A stretch of 64,000 nucleotides of DNA from Campylobacterales bacterium (GCA_041915365.1 JAYSBP010000004.1:51963-115962), one strand, 5' to 3'. Shown: positions 31,301 through 41,162, counted from the stretch's first letter. The notes: generated from the sequence alone by a model not told the origin. Numbers and translations: made by a program.

Positions 31301-32617
31301 ATTCATCATCGCAAGAAATTCTTCATTATTTTTTGTCGTAAGCATTTTAGAGAATATGAATTTGAGCGCTTCGGCTTCGTCTTTCATGCCGCTATTCATT
31401 GCGGTTCTTAGCGCCCATACACGCTGGAGTGTTTGAGGGGCAAGGAGAAGCTCTTCTTTTCTAGTTCCGGACTTGATAAGATCGATCGCTGGATAAATTC
31501 TTCTATCCGCAAGATTTCTGCTGAGGATAATCTCCATATTGCCTGTACCTTTAAACTCTTCAAAGATCACTTCATCCATTCTACTTCCGGTATCTATAAG
31601 AGCAGTAGCTATGATTGTAAGACTTCCGCCTCCTTCAATATTTCTAGCCGCACCAAAAAATCTTTTTGGCTTATGCAGCGCATTTGCATCAACACCACCC
31701 GACAAAACCTTGCCACTTGATGGAGTAACGGTATTGTACGCTCTTGCAAGCCTCGTAATTGAGTCAAGCAATATCACAACATCCTTACCCATTTCTACTG
31801 CTCTTTTTGCTTTTTCTATCACAAGCTCCGCCACACGAACGTGATTAAGGGCTGGCATGTCAAACGTAGAGCTATATACCTCGCCTTTTACACAACGCTG
31901 CATATCGGTAACCTCTTCAGGTCTTTCATCTATTAGCAATACGATGAGCTCAACTTCTGGATGATTTGTACTAATACCGTGCGCCATCTCTTTTAGAATT
32001 TCTGTTTTACCACTTCTTGGTGGGGCTACTATAAGACCTCTTTGACCTTTGCCTATCGGCGTGAATAGGTCTATAGTCCTGCCTGTCAGCTTAAGCGGCG
32101 AGTACTCTAATTTGAGCTGAGAATTTGCGTAAAGCGGGGTTAGGTTGTCAAAAAGAGGTCTCTTCTTGCTCTCTTCCGGCGGCAAGTAATTGATAGCTTC
32201 AATTTTTAGTAGAGCAAAATATCTCTCTTGCTCTTTTGGCGGTCTCACCTGCCCCGTTACCGTATCCCCATTTCTAAGGCCAAATCTTCTTATTTGCGTA
32301 TTTGAAACATACACATCATTGATGCTATCGGAGATATTTGTATCAGTAGCTCTCAAAAAGCCGTAGCCGTCTCCTGCAATCTCAAGCATTCCAGAGAAAA
32401 GCATGAAACCGCCTCTTGATATTTGCGATTTGAGTATTTCAAACATCAAATCTTGACGTTTTAGCTCATTTGGATTTTCTACCTCAAGCTCTGAGGCTAT
32501 GGCAACCAAGTCATCAAGGCCCATTGTTCTGAGGTCTTCTATCTTGTAGCCGTCAACAGGAATGTGGGTTCGTTTTTTGGAAGTTTTTGTTTGGGAATTT
32601 TGAGACTCGGAAGACAT
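31292..32617 (-). CDS. rho: transcription termination factor Rho
   Basis: RNA-binding domain (GFLR... [10 protein letters not shown]), Walker A PPRSGKT and Walker B LLIDE. 441 aa. Confidence 0.95.
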   Translation of the reverse strand: MSSESQNSQTKTSKKRTHIPVDGYKIEDLRTMGLDDLVAIASELEVENPNELKRQDLMFEILKSQISRGGFMLFSGMLEIAGDGYGFLRATDTNISDSINDVYVSNTQIRRFGLRNGDTVTGQVRPPKEQERYFALLKIEAINYLPPEESKKRPLFDNLTPLYANSQLKLEYSPLKLTGRTIDLFTPIGKGQRGLIVAPPRSGKTEILKEMAHGISTNHPEVELIVLLIDERPEEVTDMQRCVKGEVYSSTFDMPALNHVRVAELVIEKAKRAVEMGKDVVILLDSITRLARAYNTVTPSSGKVLSGGVDANALHKPKRFFGAARNIEGGGSLTIIATALIDTGSRMDEVIFEEFKGTGNMEIILSRNLADRRIYPAIDLIKSGTRKEELLLAPQTLQRVWALRTAMNSGMKDEAEALKFIFSKMLTTKNNEEFLAMMNSE

Positions 32618-32710
32618 ATATAGCCCTTAATCTGGATTATTAAAAGGAAGTTTTTAGGCACAAAAGCGCCATAAATGAAGTGTAACCTTGTAGTTTTGTG
32701 ATTTTAACAG

Positions 32711-33190
32711 TTAAAAGCTTAAGCCCATAAACTGTAAGCCTCGAAAGACAACCCAGCTTAGTATTCCGGCAAAAATACCCGCCAAAATATCATCAAACAT
32801 AACACCATTACCGCCCTTGAATTTTCTCTCAGCGAGACCTATGACGGACGGCTTTTTAATATCCAAAATCCTGAAAAATACAAATACTAAAAATGCTTGA
32901 AGCCATATATTGTCTATTTGAACGGTCATCGAGAGCGCAATAAAAGTCCCGACAACCTCATCCGTCACAATTCTGGAGTCATCATGTATTCCGCCCTCAG
33001 CCTCGTACGCATTGATTTCCTTGATGGATATAACGGTCAAAAGTATGGCCACCAAAAACAACGTAGTAGCGCCCAAAAAATGCAATATCAAAAACCCAAA
33101 AGGCAAAGCAGCCAGCGTTCCCATTGTCCCAGGCGCATATTTTGATAATCCAGCTCCAAAAAATGACAAAAATATAAGTCTTTTATTCAT
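32711..33190 (-). CDS. pgpA: phosphatidylglycerophosphatase A
   Basis: 159-aa membrane protein with GTMGT, DDSRIVTDEVVG and DI.KP motifs typical of PgpA. Confidence 0.85.
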   Translation of the reverse strand: MNKRLIFLSFFGAGLSKYAPGTMGTLAALPFGFLILHFLGATTLFLVAILLTVISIKEINAYEAEGGIHDDSRIVTDEVVGTFIALSMTVQIDNIWLQAFLVFVFFRILDIKKPSVIGLAERKFKGGNGVMFDDILAGIFAGILSWVVFRGLQFMGLSF

Positions 33191-33199
33191 CTATGCTTC

Positions 33200-34390
33200 C
33201 TAGTTTAGCGAGGTTGTTTGATATAGTGCCATCAACTCATGATAAAACTCTCTCTCGGAGTGCTCCTCGATAAGTCCACTATTTGTCGTAAGGTCGTTAT
33301 ATAGTTTGCCTAGGTTTTTAAAACGATTCGGAAATATCTTTGAAAGATAGATGGCAGATACGTCTTTTCTCATAAGTATTGCGGGAGGCAAAAGTCCCGT
33401 CTTTAAAAGCTGCAAAAGCGACTCCGTATTAAAGCTTATATGGTGATGCATCCCGTGAGGACAAGAACGCTGTGTAACAAGAGTCTTGCACACATTGCAA
33501 TAGACAAAATAGCTAGAAATATCAATTTTCAGATCTATCCCAACAAAAGAATCAAAAATACTTTTTATCTCGTGGCTTTCATAAAACATCCCAAGCCCCG
33601 CATGATTTGCGCCTATTACAAAGCTGTCGCAACCAAAATTCTGAATAGCTATGGCATCCAGTAAAAGTTCATTTGTTCCGGCAAAAAGATATGTATTTTC
33701 AAAAGGGACGACAACAACCCTATCGGATGGTAGATATGTATTTATGAGGTGCTCTAGTGCCTCATATCTAATCGAATATGATAGCTCATCCGCAGAATAA
33801 GGCTTTGACAAAAATATAACCACAAGATCATTTTTTTCAAGAGTCAGACGTATCAGCCTCTCATGCGCACGGTTTAGGGGTCTTGCCGCCATAACCATCC
33901 CGGCTACATGTTTGGCGTCTATCCTTTTTTTTGCTTCCTCTATTTTTTGTTTTGCTTTTTTCACATCTTCAAAATCTATCTCATACTCACCGCTTACCGC
34001 ATATTTGCCAAGCCTAGAAATAGTATTGACAACACCTGGGTGGGACATATCGCAGGTGCCGTATATTTTTTCGACCCTAGCCATCTGGTCTATCTCAAAT
34101 ACTTCGCCGACAGTCAAGCTTCCTACTATGTTGTGGTTTTCGACGAGATTTATCGTCTCCCCTTTTTGTAGCCCCTCCAATACCTCTTTGTTTCTCTTGC
34201 CGCTGGGCGCAAGCAAAAACGAAAACGGAAAGCTCTTGCCCTTATAAAGCGAGTTCGCATCCACGCCTCTCGCTTCAGCACTCCCCATTAGTCCTTCTAT
34301 CGGCGACAGTATCCCCTCTTTTACGAGAGACAAAGATGCGACGGCTTCCTTGTCTATAAATAGCGATTTATTTCTTTTTGTAGATGCCAT
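33200..34390 (-). CDS. ATP-sulfurylase-like protein with diverged active-site motifs
   Basis: 396 aa with a PUA-like N-domain and a nucleotidyltransferase core. Recalled canonical QTRNPxHRAH and GRDHAG motifs read AARPLNRAHE and GANHAG here. Contains a C-x2-C-x8-C-x-H cluster (CNVCKTLVTQRSCPH). Confidence 0.65.
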   Translation of the reverse strand: MASTKRNKSLFIDKEAVASLSLVKEGILSPIEGLMGSAEARGVDANSLYKGKSFPFSFLLAPSGKRNKEVLEGLQKGETINLVENHNIVGSLTVGEVFEIDQMARVEKIYGTCDMSHPGVVNTISRLGKYAVSGEYEIDFEDVKKAKQKIEEAKKRIDAKHVAGMVMAARPLNRAHERLIRLTLEKNDLVVIFLSKPYSADELSYSIRYEALEHLINTYLPSDRVVVVPFENTYLFAGTNELLLDAIAIQNFGCDSFVIGANHAGLGMFYESHEIKSIFDSFVGIDLKIDISSYFVYCNVCKTLVTQRSCPHGMHHHISFNTESLLQLLKTGLLPPAILMRKDVSAIYLSKIFPNRFKNLGKLYNDLTTNSGLIEEHSEREFYHELMALYQTTSLN

Positions 34391-35255
34391 GTTTCTTTCT
34401 TTTTTCCCATAGAGATTTTCTGGAGATACCTAGTTTTTTTGATAGCTCTACGTCTGGATATTTATCTTGAAAGCTAATTACTATGTTTTTGACATAATCT
34501 TCAATGGTAAATATCTCAGAGCCCGATACAAATCCGTCATCGCTTTGTAGCTCAACAATATCAATATCTCCATCCTCTATTGCTTCAGTCGAAGAAAAAA
34601 CGACATACTTGCCAGCTATAGAATCAAGAAATATTTTTTTATCCGCTTTTTTTAAAGATTCAAAATCAACGGCATAAATAATAGATTTGTTATCGTGTTC
34701 CAAAAACAGTTTTTCACTAAAATCTTTTTGCAAACACACAAACTCAAGCCTCATCCCTTTGATTGCCGCAAGTTTGAAGGCGTATGCATCCATTTTCTTT
34801 TGAGAGGACGAATAAAGTGCCTTCGGAAGCTCTGTTTTTTTGCCAATCTCTGGAATATCCATTGTCGAAAAAGAGGTTGATAGGTATTTTTTTAGAGAGT
34901 CGTTCTCTTTTGTCAGTCTCTCATAATCAAGATAGTGATTAATTTTTTTGATTAACTCCTCTATCATGAAAGGCTTTAGTATATAGTCTTTGGCTCCAGC
35001 TTTGAGCGGTATAGAGACCGTATCGTTATTGATATAGTTGACCATCAAAATAATAATTGATTTTTTATACTTATCTATGACTGGCATAAAGTTTTGGCTG
35101 CCCATAGACGTAGACAAAAGCACAACGTCAAAAAACTCGTCCCTTATAGCATCTTTACCACTAGCGGCAAGCTCGCAGTGATAGCCGCACTCTACCAGCT
35201 TATTTGCGATACTCTGCGCCAGATATATCTCATTTTCGACTATTAATATTCTCAT
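34368..35255 (-). CDS. atypical orphan response regulator (HP1021 / Cj1608 type): pseudo-receiver plus C-terminal HTH
   Basis: The start (MRILIVENE) overlaps the ispDF stop as ATGA. Receiver fold has ENE in place of the acidic DD pair and Ser at the phospho-acceptor position (VVLLSTSM). C-terminal HTH (ELSKKLGISRKSLWEKRKK). Confidence 0.75.
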   Translation of the reverse strand: MRILIVENEIYLAQSIANKLVECGYHCELAASGKDAIRDEFFDVVLLSTSMGSQNFMPVIDKYKKSIIILMVNYINNDTVSIPLKAGAKDYILKPFMIEELIKKINHYLDYERLTKENDSLKKYLSTSFSTMDIPEIGKKTELPKALYSSSQKKMDAYAFKLAAIKGMRLEFVCLQKDFSEKLFLEHDNKSIIYAVDFESLKKADKKIFLDSIAGKYVVFSSTEAIEDGDIDIVELQSDDGFVSGSEIFTIEDYVKNIVISFQDKYPDVELSKKLGISRKSLWEKRKKHGIYKKK

Positions 35256-36373
35256 GCGCTTTTCCAATTAAAAAATTTTATACTTGCCACGCTCATCACA
35301 AGCGCACCCTCCCCTCGTCCGACAAATCCCATTTTCTCAGACGTGGTTGCCTTCACGCATATTTTGTACGGAGCTATTCCCATTATATTCGCCAAGCTCT
35401 TCTTGATCTCGGTTTTTATAGCAAAAAGTTTTGGCTTTTCGGCGACAACCGTCATATCTATATTGGATATTTCATACCCGACACCACGAACCATTGATAC
35501 TGCCGAACGAAGAAGCTCGGTTGAGTCGATCCCTTTGTATTTTTGGTCGGTATCGGGGAAAAACTCGCCTATATCGCCAAGTCCCGCAGCGCCAAGAAGT
35601 GCGTCTATAATAGAGTGTATCAATACATCGCCGTCTGAATGGGCCTTAAAACCATAGTCTGCTTCTATTTTGACGCCGCCTAGCATGCAGGTCTTCCCGT
35701 CTTCAAAAGCATGAGTATCAAAACCTATTCCACAAAACGTATCACTTGATGGATGCGGAAGGCAGGCAATTAGACTTAGGTCGTCTTTTGTTGTGAGCTT
35801 GATTTGCTTTTTTGAGCCGTCCACCAGCCCTACCCTATGCCCCGCTTCTTTCATGGCACTGGAGTCATCGGTAAATACTATCTGTCTTGAAAGCGCATCT
35901 TGCAGCAGAGACTTTTTTGAGAGCTGAGGAGTTTGAATTAACTTTACACTGTTTCTATCTATATACTCCCCACCGTACACAACCGTATCCGGCACATTTA
36001 TCGCAGGCGCTACGCAGTCATAAGAGTCTTTTGCGCTAATTACCCTTGCCACGCACTCCGCATCGACGCAACACCTAGCTACATCTGCGCTTAGCACGTA
36101 TTCGCCGCTTGCCGCATCTATGGCATTTTTTAGGGAGTCTTGTCTCTCTTTGCCACCTGCTACAAAAACATAATCAGCAAAATTTTGCATATACCCTAGC
36201 TCACTCTCATCGCCCACCACGATAATCTCGTGAAATTCATATATCTTCTCAAACTGCTTTGCTACAAAAAGCCACAGCGGCTCATCACCGCATCTTAGCC
36301 ATTGCTTTTTCGTACCGAGTCCAAAACGGCTGGAGCTTCCTGCCGCCAAAAGGATTAGAGATATTTCGGACAA
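35252..36373 (-). CDS. ispDF: bifunctional IspD/IspF (MEP cytidylyltransferase / MEcPP synthase)
   Basis: N-terminal ILLAAGSSSRFG cytidylyltransferase motif. C-terminal IspF domain (GIGFDTHAF, AHSDGDVLIHSIIDALLGA). 373 aa. Confidence 0.9.
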   Translation of the reverse strand: MSEISLILLAAGSSSRFGLGTKKQWLRCGDEPLWLFVAKQFEKIYEFHEIIVVGDESELGYMQNFADYVFVAGGKERQDSLKNAIDAASGEYVLSADVARCCVDAECVARVISAKDSYDCVAPAINVPDTVVYGGEYIDRNSVKLIQTPQLSKKSLLQDALSRQIVFTDDSSAMKEAGHRVGLVDGSKKQIKLTTKDDLSLIACLPHPSSDTFCGIGFDTHAFEDGKTCMLGGVKIEADYGFKAHSDGDVLIHSIIDALLGAAGLGDIGEFFPDTDQKYKGIDSTELLRSAVSMVRGVGYEISNIDMTVVAEKPKLFAIKTEIKKSLANIMGIAPYKICVKATTSEKMGFVGRGEGALVMSVASIKFFNWKSA

Positions 36374-36466
36374 TTTCAGCCTTTTTTTTGTTTTTTGTGG
36401 TTATATTTTTTTTCAAAAATTATACTTTAATTAGACTGTATAAATTCGTAACACTTAGGAGTCCTT

Positions 36467-37804
36467 ATGCTTAGAAGCGAATGGGTAAAGGCAAGAGCCG
36501 AAGACAAGACAAAAACACAAATGCACTACGCTAGAAAAGGGATAATCACGGAAGAGATGCGATACGTCGCAAATGTCGAAGACCTCGACCCTGAGTTTGT
36601 AAGGGCTGAGATAGCAAGAGGGAGGATGATAATCCCCGCTAACGTCAACCATCTAACCCTCCAGCCAATGGCGATAGGGCTTGGCGCAAAATGCAAAATC
36701 AATGCAAACATAGGCGCAAGCTCGCTTTCAAGCTGTGCCGAAGAAGAGGTAGCAAAACTGGAAATATGCCTCAAATACGGAGCAGACACGGTAATGGACC
36801 TCTCAACAGGCGGCAATCTGGATGAAATCAGAACAGAGCTAATCAAGCGCTCAAGCGTTCCAATAGGCACCGTGCCGATGTATCAAATCATCTATGAGTG
36901 CGGTAACGACATCGAAAACTTAAACGTAGAGACGATGCTAAGCGTCATAGAGAGACAGGCGCAGCAAGGTGTTAGCTATTTCACGATACATGCGGGATTT
37001 TTGCTCCAATTTATGCCGGAAGTGGCAAAAAGAAAGATGGGGATCGTCTCAAGAGGCGGCTCGCTAATTGCGGCTTGGATGATAAAAAATCACAAAGAAA
37101 ATCCTTTTTACGAAGCTTTTGACAAGATACTAGATATTTGTGCAAAGCACGATGTAGCCTTGTCTCTTGGAGATAGCCTAAGACCTGGGTGTCTAGCTGA
37201 TGCGAGCGACGCCGCGCAGCTAAACGAGCTAAAAGTGCTAGGCGAACTGACGCTTAGGGCTTGGGAAAGAGATGTTCAGGTGATGATAGAAGGGCCAGGC
37301 CATGTGCCGCTCAATCAGATAGAGCGCAATATGAAAATAGAAAGAGAGTATTGCCACGATGCGCCTTTTTATATTCTTGGCCCACTAGTCACGGACATCG
37401 CCGCAGGGTATGACCATATAGCCTCTGCGATAGGCGCTGCGGTCGGCGGATGGCACGGGGCGTCTATGCTGTGCTATGTCACGCCAAAAGAGCATTTGGG
37501 ACTACCGAATATGGCGGATGTAAGAGAGGGAATCATCGCCTACAAAATAGCCGCTCACGCCGCAGACATAGCAAGAGGGCGCAAAAACGCAAGAGCCAAA
37601 GACAATGCCATGAGCGACGCTAGATATGCGTTTGACTGGAATAAACAGTTCGAGCTAGCCCTCGACCCAGACAGGGCAAAAGAGTATCACGACGAGACAC
37701 TCCCTGCCGATGGGTTCAAAGATGCGGAGTTTTGTTCTATGTGCGGGCCGAAGTTTTGCGCTTACAAAGTAACACAAGAGGCGTTCAAAAACAACGTCGA
37801 ATAA
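36467..37804 (+). CDS. thiC: phosphomethylpyrimidine synthase ThiC
   Basis: Highly conserved ThiC core ([21 protein letters not shown]) and C-terminal CSMCGPKFC cluster motif. 445 aa. Confidence 0.95.
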   Translation: MLRSEWVKARAEDKTKTQMHYARKGIITEEMRYVANVEDLDPEFVRAEIARGRMIIPANVNHLTLQPMAIGLGAKCKINANIGASSLSSCAEEEVAKLEICLKYGADTVMDLSTGGNLDEIRTELIKRSSVPIGTVPMYQIIYECGNDIENLNVETMLSVIERQAQQGVSYFTIHAGFLLQFMPEVAKRKMGIVSRGGSLIAAWMIKNHKENPFYEAFDKILDICAKHDVALSLGDSLRPGCLADASDAAQLNELKVLGELTLRAWERDVQVMIEGPGHVPLNQIERNMKIEREYCHDAPFYILGPLVTDIAAGYDHIASAIGAAVGGWHGASMLCYVTPKEHLGLPNMADVREGIIAYKIAAHAADIARGRKNARAKDNAMSDARYAFDWNKQFELALDPDRAKEYHDETLPADGFKDAEFCSMCGPKFCAYKVTQEAFKNNVE

Positions 37805-37809
37805 CACGA

Positions 37810-39807
37810 CTAAGACGGTAGAGTAAGCCCTCCGAGGATACCTGCCGCCTTGCCCTTTGCGAGCTCCTTTTCAAAATCTGCCGCAATAGCGTCAAACCCC
37901 CTAAGCACTCTAAGCGCCATTGCCGAATAAAAATCTTCAAAATTTTGCGGCTTCGTATGCCACACCGCAACGCAAAAACCAAAGACTATATGTTTTAACG
38001 AGCCGCCAAAAAGCAAAAATAGCACGTCCCTGCCCTGCTCTTTTGTCGCCGCAAACGTTTCAAACTTTCGCACAACCTCAAAAAATTCCACCCTGTTCTT
38101 TGCCGCATCTCCAAATATATCGCACAACTCTCTTTTGAATACGGCTATTTTGCCCGCCATATCCGAGAGGCCATCTTTTGCGAATACCTTTTCTCTCTCA
38201 TGGCAAAACATACTTTTTATCGCCGATACGGCTGTTTTTTTGTCCGATTCTTCAAGCTCCACACTCCTCATCGGCTTCGCTCCGACAATGAAAGCGCCAT
38301 CCGACAGGTTGGCTACATTTGCGCCTTTGTTCTCGTAAATGGCGTATTCCATCATATTTTTTGACATACGATATAGGTGGTTTGAGTAGATTTCACTATC
38401 TTCAAAATTTGCCTTTACCCTGACGGAATCTTGCGGCAATGCCTCGTTTTCTTCGTAGATAGAGTCTTTTGAGTGGATTCTTCGTCCTTTTTTGTATCCT
38501 GCGTCCATTCCGCACAAAATAACGTTTTTTGAGACGCTAAGAGCTATGGAGAAAGCGGCATTGCCGACAAAAGGCGACGAAAACGGCAATATGAATTTTG
38601 GAGCATCAAGGAAACTAACCGCCGCAGAATCTCTGAAAAATACCATCTTGTCACCAGAGGTCGAAGCCAAAGTGTCGGGGTCTACGACGTTTGCGGCTAT
38701 CATATCCATATCCGACACCCCTGCCTCTCTAAGTATGTCGCCTAGATAATCGCTTCTTTCTATCTCTATTTGAAAATCAGCCCTTATCCCGTTTTTTAGT
38801 AACGTTCTAAGAGCTGTGCCGGAGGAGAAAATGACCATTTTCTCGCTATTTTGTCTCAAAAATTCTAGACTATCATCGAGGCTTGCACCATTGCCGACGA
38901 CACATATCGGAGCGTCTATTTTTTTGCCATTTGGGATAAACACGGGATATTTTATATTTTTGTACGAGCAGTTTTTTTGCGAGTTTCGCCACCCCGTCAT
39001 CTCGTCTTCATAGCTCCCCATCCCGCGAAGCAAGCTTCCAGCCTCTATCTCTACTATATTTTTGAGTTCATTTATCTGTGGGGCTTCAAACATCGTAAGC
39101 TCAAGCCTCGGATAAAGAGACGAAAATTTGTTTTTTGCAAAAAATTCTCTCACTTGCGCCGCATCGGGCACGTCGCCTACAGCCAAAAATAGATTTTTTG
39201 TTTTTGCATACAAAGCTTTATAATCAACAAAATAAGCGGAAATAGCAAAAAAATCGGCAAACGGCTCATAAACAAAAAGTGAATCTATCATCTCGTACTC
39301 TTCAGCCATGGCGCAAAGCGCAAAACCTCCACCGAGACCATAGATTACGGCCGATGGGATGTAGCTTTCATCCAAAATGGGGGAGGGTGGATACATACCC
39401 GAAATCTGAGCGTATCCAAACATCTCCTTGCACACCGCAGCCGTATTCTCAAGTGTTGATGACGCCATATAAAAAGGATTTGAGGCAAACCCACGTCGCC
39501 ACTTTGTATGAGAGAGCGGATTTTTTGCCATCTCTATCGAAGCTGCTATCGCTGTGTGTCGCCCATTTTCATCTACGGGATAGACTAGGGTGTTTGTAGA
39601 TAGATTTAGCACATTTGCGCCACCACCGTCAAACACAAGCCCAAATAAAGACGGTTTGTCATGTAGGTATTTTGCAAAATCTGGATTTGTTTTTTTGAAA
39701 AACTCAACGTTTTTTGCAAATCTATCTTTTAGAGCTGATTTCGCCTCTTGTATCGGCAAGCCGTCAACATAATCCAAAAAGTTCATTTTTGAGATATTCC
39801 TAAGCAA
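37810..39807 (-). CDS. motility-accessory-factor (Maf, DUF115/MptE-like) glycosyltransferase family protein
   Basis: 665 aa. N-terminal FAKNVEFFKKTNPDFAKYL region and DUF115 core ICVVGNGASLDDSLEFL...SSGTA...GIRADFQIEIER are typical of Campylobacter/Aeromonas Maf proteins. Confidence 0.8.
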   Translation of the reverse strand: MLRNISKMNFLDYVDGLPIQEAKSALKDRFAKNVEFFKKTNPDFAKYLHDKPSLFGLVFDGGGANVLNLSTNTLVYPVDENGRHTAIAASIEMAKNPLSHTKWRRGFASNPFYMASSTLENTAAVCKEMFGYAQISGMYPPSPILDESYIPSAVIYGLGGGFALCAMAEEYEMIDSLFVYEPFADFFAISAYFVDYKALYAKTKNLFLAVGDVPDAAQVREFFAKNKFSSLYPRLELTMFEAPQINELKNIVEIEAGSLLRGMGSYEDEMTGWRNSQKNCSYKNIKYPVFIPNGKKIDAPICVVGNGASLDDSLEFLRQNSEKMVIFSSGTALRTLLKNGIRADFQIEIERSDYLGDILREAGVSDMDMIAANVVDPDTLASTSGDKMVFFRDSAAVSFLDAPKFILPFSSPFVGNAAFSIALSVSKNVILCGMDAGYKKGRRIHSKDSIYEENEALPQDSVRVKANFEDSEIYSNHLYRMSKNMMEYAIYENKGANVANLSDGAFIVGAKPMRSVELEESDKKTAVSAIKSMFCHEREKVFAKDGLSDMAGKIAVFKRELCDIFGDAAKNRVEFFEVVRKFETFAATKEQGRDVLFLLFGGSLKHIVFGFCVAVWHTKPQNFEDFYSAMALRVLRGFDAIAADFEKELAKGKAAGILGGLTLPS

Positions 39808-39913
39808 TTTTTAAAAATATTAGCCATAAACTGTTGAAATTCATTTTTTACCACATAAAAGCCACTATTTTGGGATATTATCGACCGATTTATAAACAAC
39901 AAAGGAAACCAAT

Positions 39914-40486
39914 ATGAGAAGATCGGGCTTCACACTTATCGAACTTGTATTCGTAATCGTGATTTTAGGTATTTTGGCAGCGGTTGCCGTGCCAAGACTG
40001 GCAGGCGTACAAGATGATGCAGTAATAGCAACTGAAGAGGCTGGTGTTGGTTCAATAAGAGCAGGTATAGCTGGTATAAAAGGCAAAATCGCATTGGCCG
40101 CAACAGATACCGTAAACGTCCAAGTCACACTTGGTGATGGGACAGCTGGCATAGCTGCCATAAGCAAAGCAAGCACGGACTCTACCGCAGCAAAAGGTGT
40201 AACAGGCGGGAATCCAAATTCGTTGAGTTTAAGTGGTGATTCAAATACCATAATAGTTAAGCAAGAAAGCACGGCTGGGACACTGGGGCTAGTTCTTGAT
40301 GACCCAGCGAATAGAAAAAATTGGAAGACTGATGGGGCTGTGGATACAGGTATTAAATTTGTAGGGCCGGCTTCGAATTCACTAACAGACGATACAAATG
40401 ACAACTTCAAGTACGATAAGGCTGGGAGCTGGTTGTATCTGCAGTCATCAGGTAGTGTAACATACAGAAAGGCAACGGCATACTAA
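39914..40486 (+). CDS. prepilin-type (type IV pilin / pseudopilin-like) protein
   Basis: Class III signal MRRSG|FTLIELVFVIVILGILAAVAVP, with Gly at -1, Phe at +1 and Glu at +5. The 160-aa mature domain is rich in Ser/Thr/Gly/Ala. Confidence 0.8.
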   Translation: MRRSGFTLIELVFVIVILGILAAVAVPRLAGVQDDAVIATEEAGVGSIRAGIAGIKGKIALAATDTVNVQVTLGDGTAGIAAISKASTDSTAAKGVTGGNPNSLSLSGDSNTIIVKQESTAGTLGLVLDDPANRKNWKTDGAVDTGIKFVGPASNSLTDDTNDNFKYDKAGSWLYLQSSGSVTYRKATAY

Positions 40487-40559
40487 GGCTATCATGAAAA
40501 TACTATGGCCGGCCCTAGGCCGACCATCCCCTTCATAAAACTTACCATAAAATACAATC

Positions 40560-41162
40560 ATGATACTACTAGGACACAATGGGGCTGGCAAAAGCACGCT
40601 CATCAACTATCTTTTAGGGTTTTACCCATCCGTTTCATCACATCCGTATTTGCCGACTCTTAGTCAAGGTGCACCAAAAATAGAGCTATCATCGGTCGGA
40701 TATGCCCCAGAGGCGGCTCTGCTAGATGGCGGGTTGTGTGCCGATGACTACTTCGAGCTTCTGGCAAAAAATAAGCGGATAAAAGAGTACGGCACCGAAA
40801 AAGAGATGACAAAAGTAGGACTAAAGGCAGACCCAAAACAAAAAATCAAAAAATACTCAAAAGGGATGAAGCAAAGGCTTTTGCTTGCCCTTGCGCTTTT
40901 TGGCTCTCCAAAGAGTGTGATACTAGATGAGCCGACAAGCGGACTAGACCCTTTTGGCAAGGATGAGATAGAGGAGTATCTGCTCAGCCTCAAAGACGAT
41001 ATGGAGTTTATCATCTCTACACATTCGCTAGAATTTGCCTACAAAATGCAAAAAGAGATATGGATACTAAAAGAGGGAGAGGTGGTTTACAGAGGCTCTC
41101 CGTCATCGCTTGAAGAACTAAAAAATATATTTTTTGCCAATCGCCCAAAGGCTCTAGCGTGA
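40560..41162 (+). CDS. ABC transporter ATP-binding protein lacking the usual N-terminal ~30 aa (possibly 5'-truncated)
   Basis: Walker A GHNGAGKST sits at residues 5-13. Signature YSKGMKQRL, Walker B VILDEP and H-loop STHS are present. An in-frame TAA at 40548-40550 blocks any upstream extension. Confidence 0.7.
   Translation: MILLGHNGAGKSTLINYLLGFYPSVSSHPYLPTLSQGAPKIELSSVGYAPEAALLDGGLCADDYFELLAKNKRIKEYGTEKEMTKVGLKADPKQKIKKYSKGMKQRLLLALALFGSPKSVILDEPTSGLDPFGKDEIEEYLLSLKDDMEFIISTHSLEFAYKMQKEIWILKEGEVVYRGSPSSLEELKNIFFANRPKALA

Noticed and set aside
36374-36466. Possible TPP riboswitch upstream of thiC
   Set aside because: The spacer is only 93 nt and almost entirely A/T. It lacks the conserved CUGAGA and the GC-rich pyrimidine-sensor helices expected of a THI element.
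37810-39807. Phase-variable homopolymeric G/C tract in the maf gene, as seen in C. jejuni maf paralogues
   Set aside because: The longest G or C run I found in the gene is 5 nt, which is too short for slipped-strand phase variation.
39808-39913. Sigma-54 (GG-N10-GC) promoter upstream of the pilin-like gene
   Set aside because: No TGGCAC-N5-TTGC-like element is present; only a TATTAT -10-like hexamer is visible.
39865-40410. 181-aa ORF on the minus strand
   Set aside because: It is antisense to the prepilin-like gene, which has a clear class III signal peptide and RBS. The antisense product is low-complexity Ala/Ser/Pro/Val.
40507-40525. GGCCGGCC plus CCTAGG (FseI/AvrII-like sites) as a sign of an engineered cloning scar
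   Set aside because: It is a single short GC-rich stretch with no vector, marker or linker sequence around it. It is more simply explained as a small hairpin or a recombination junction.
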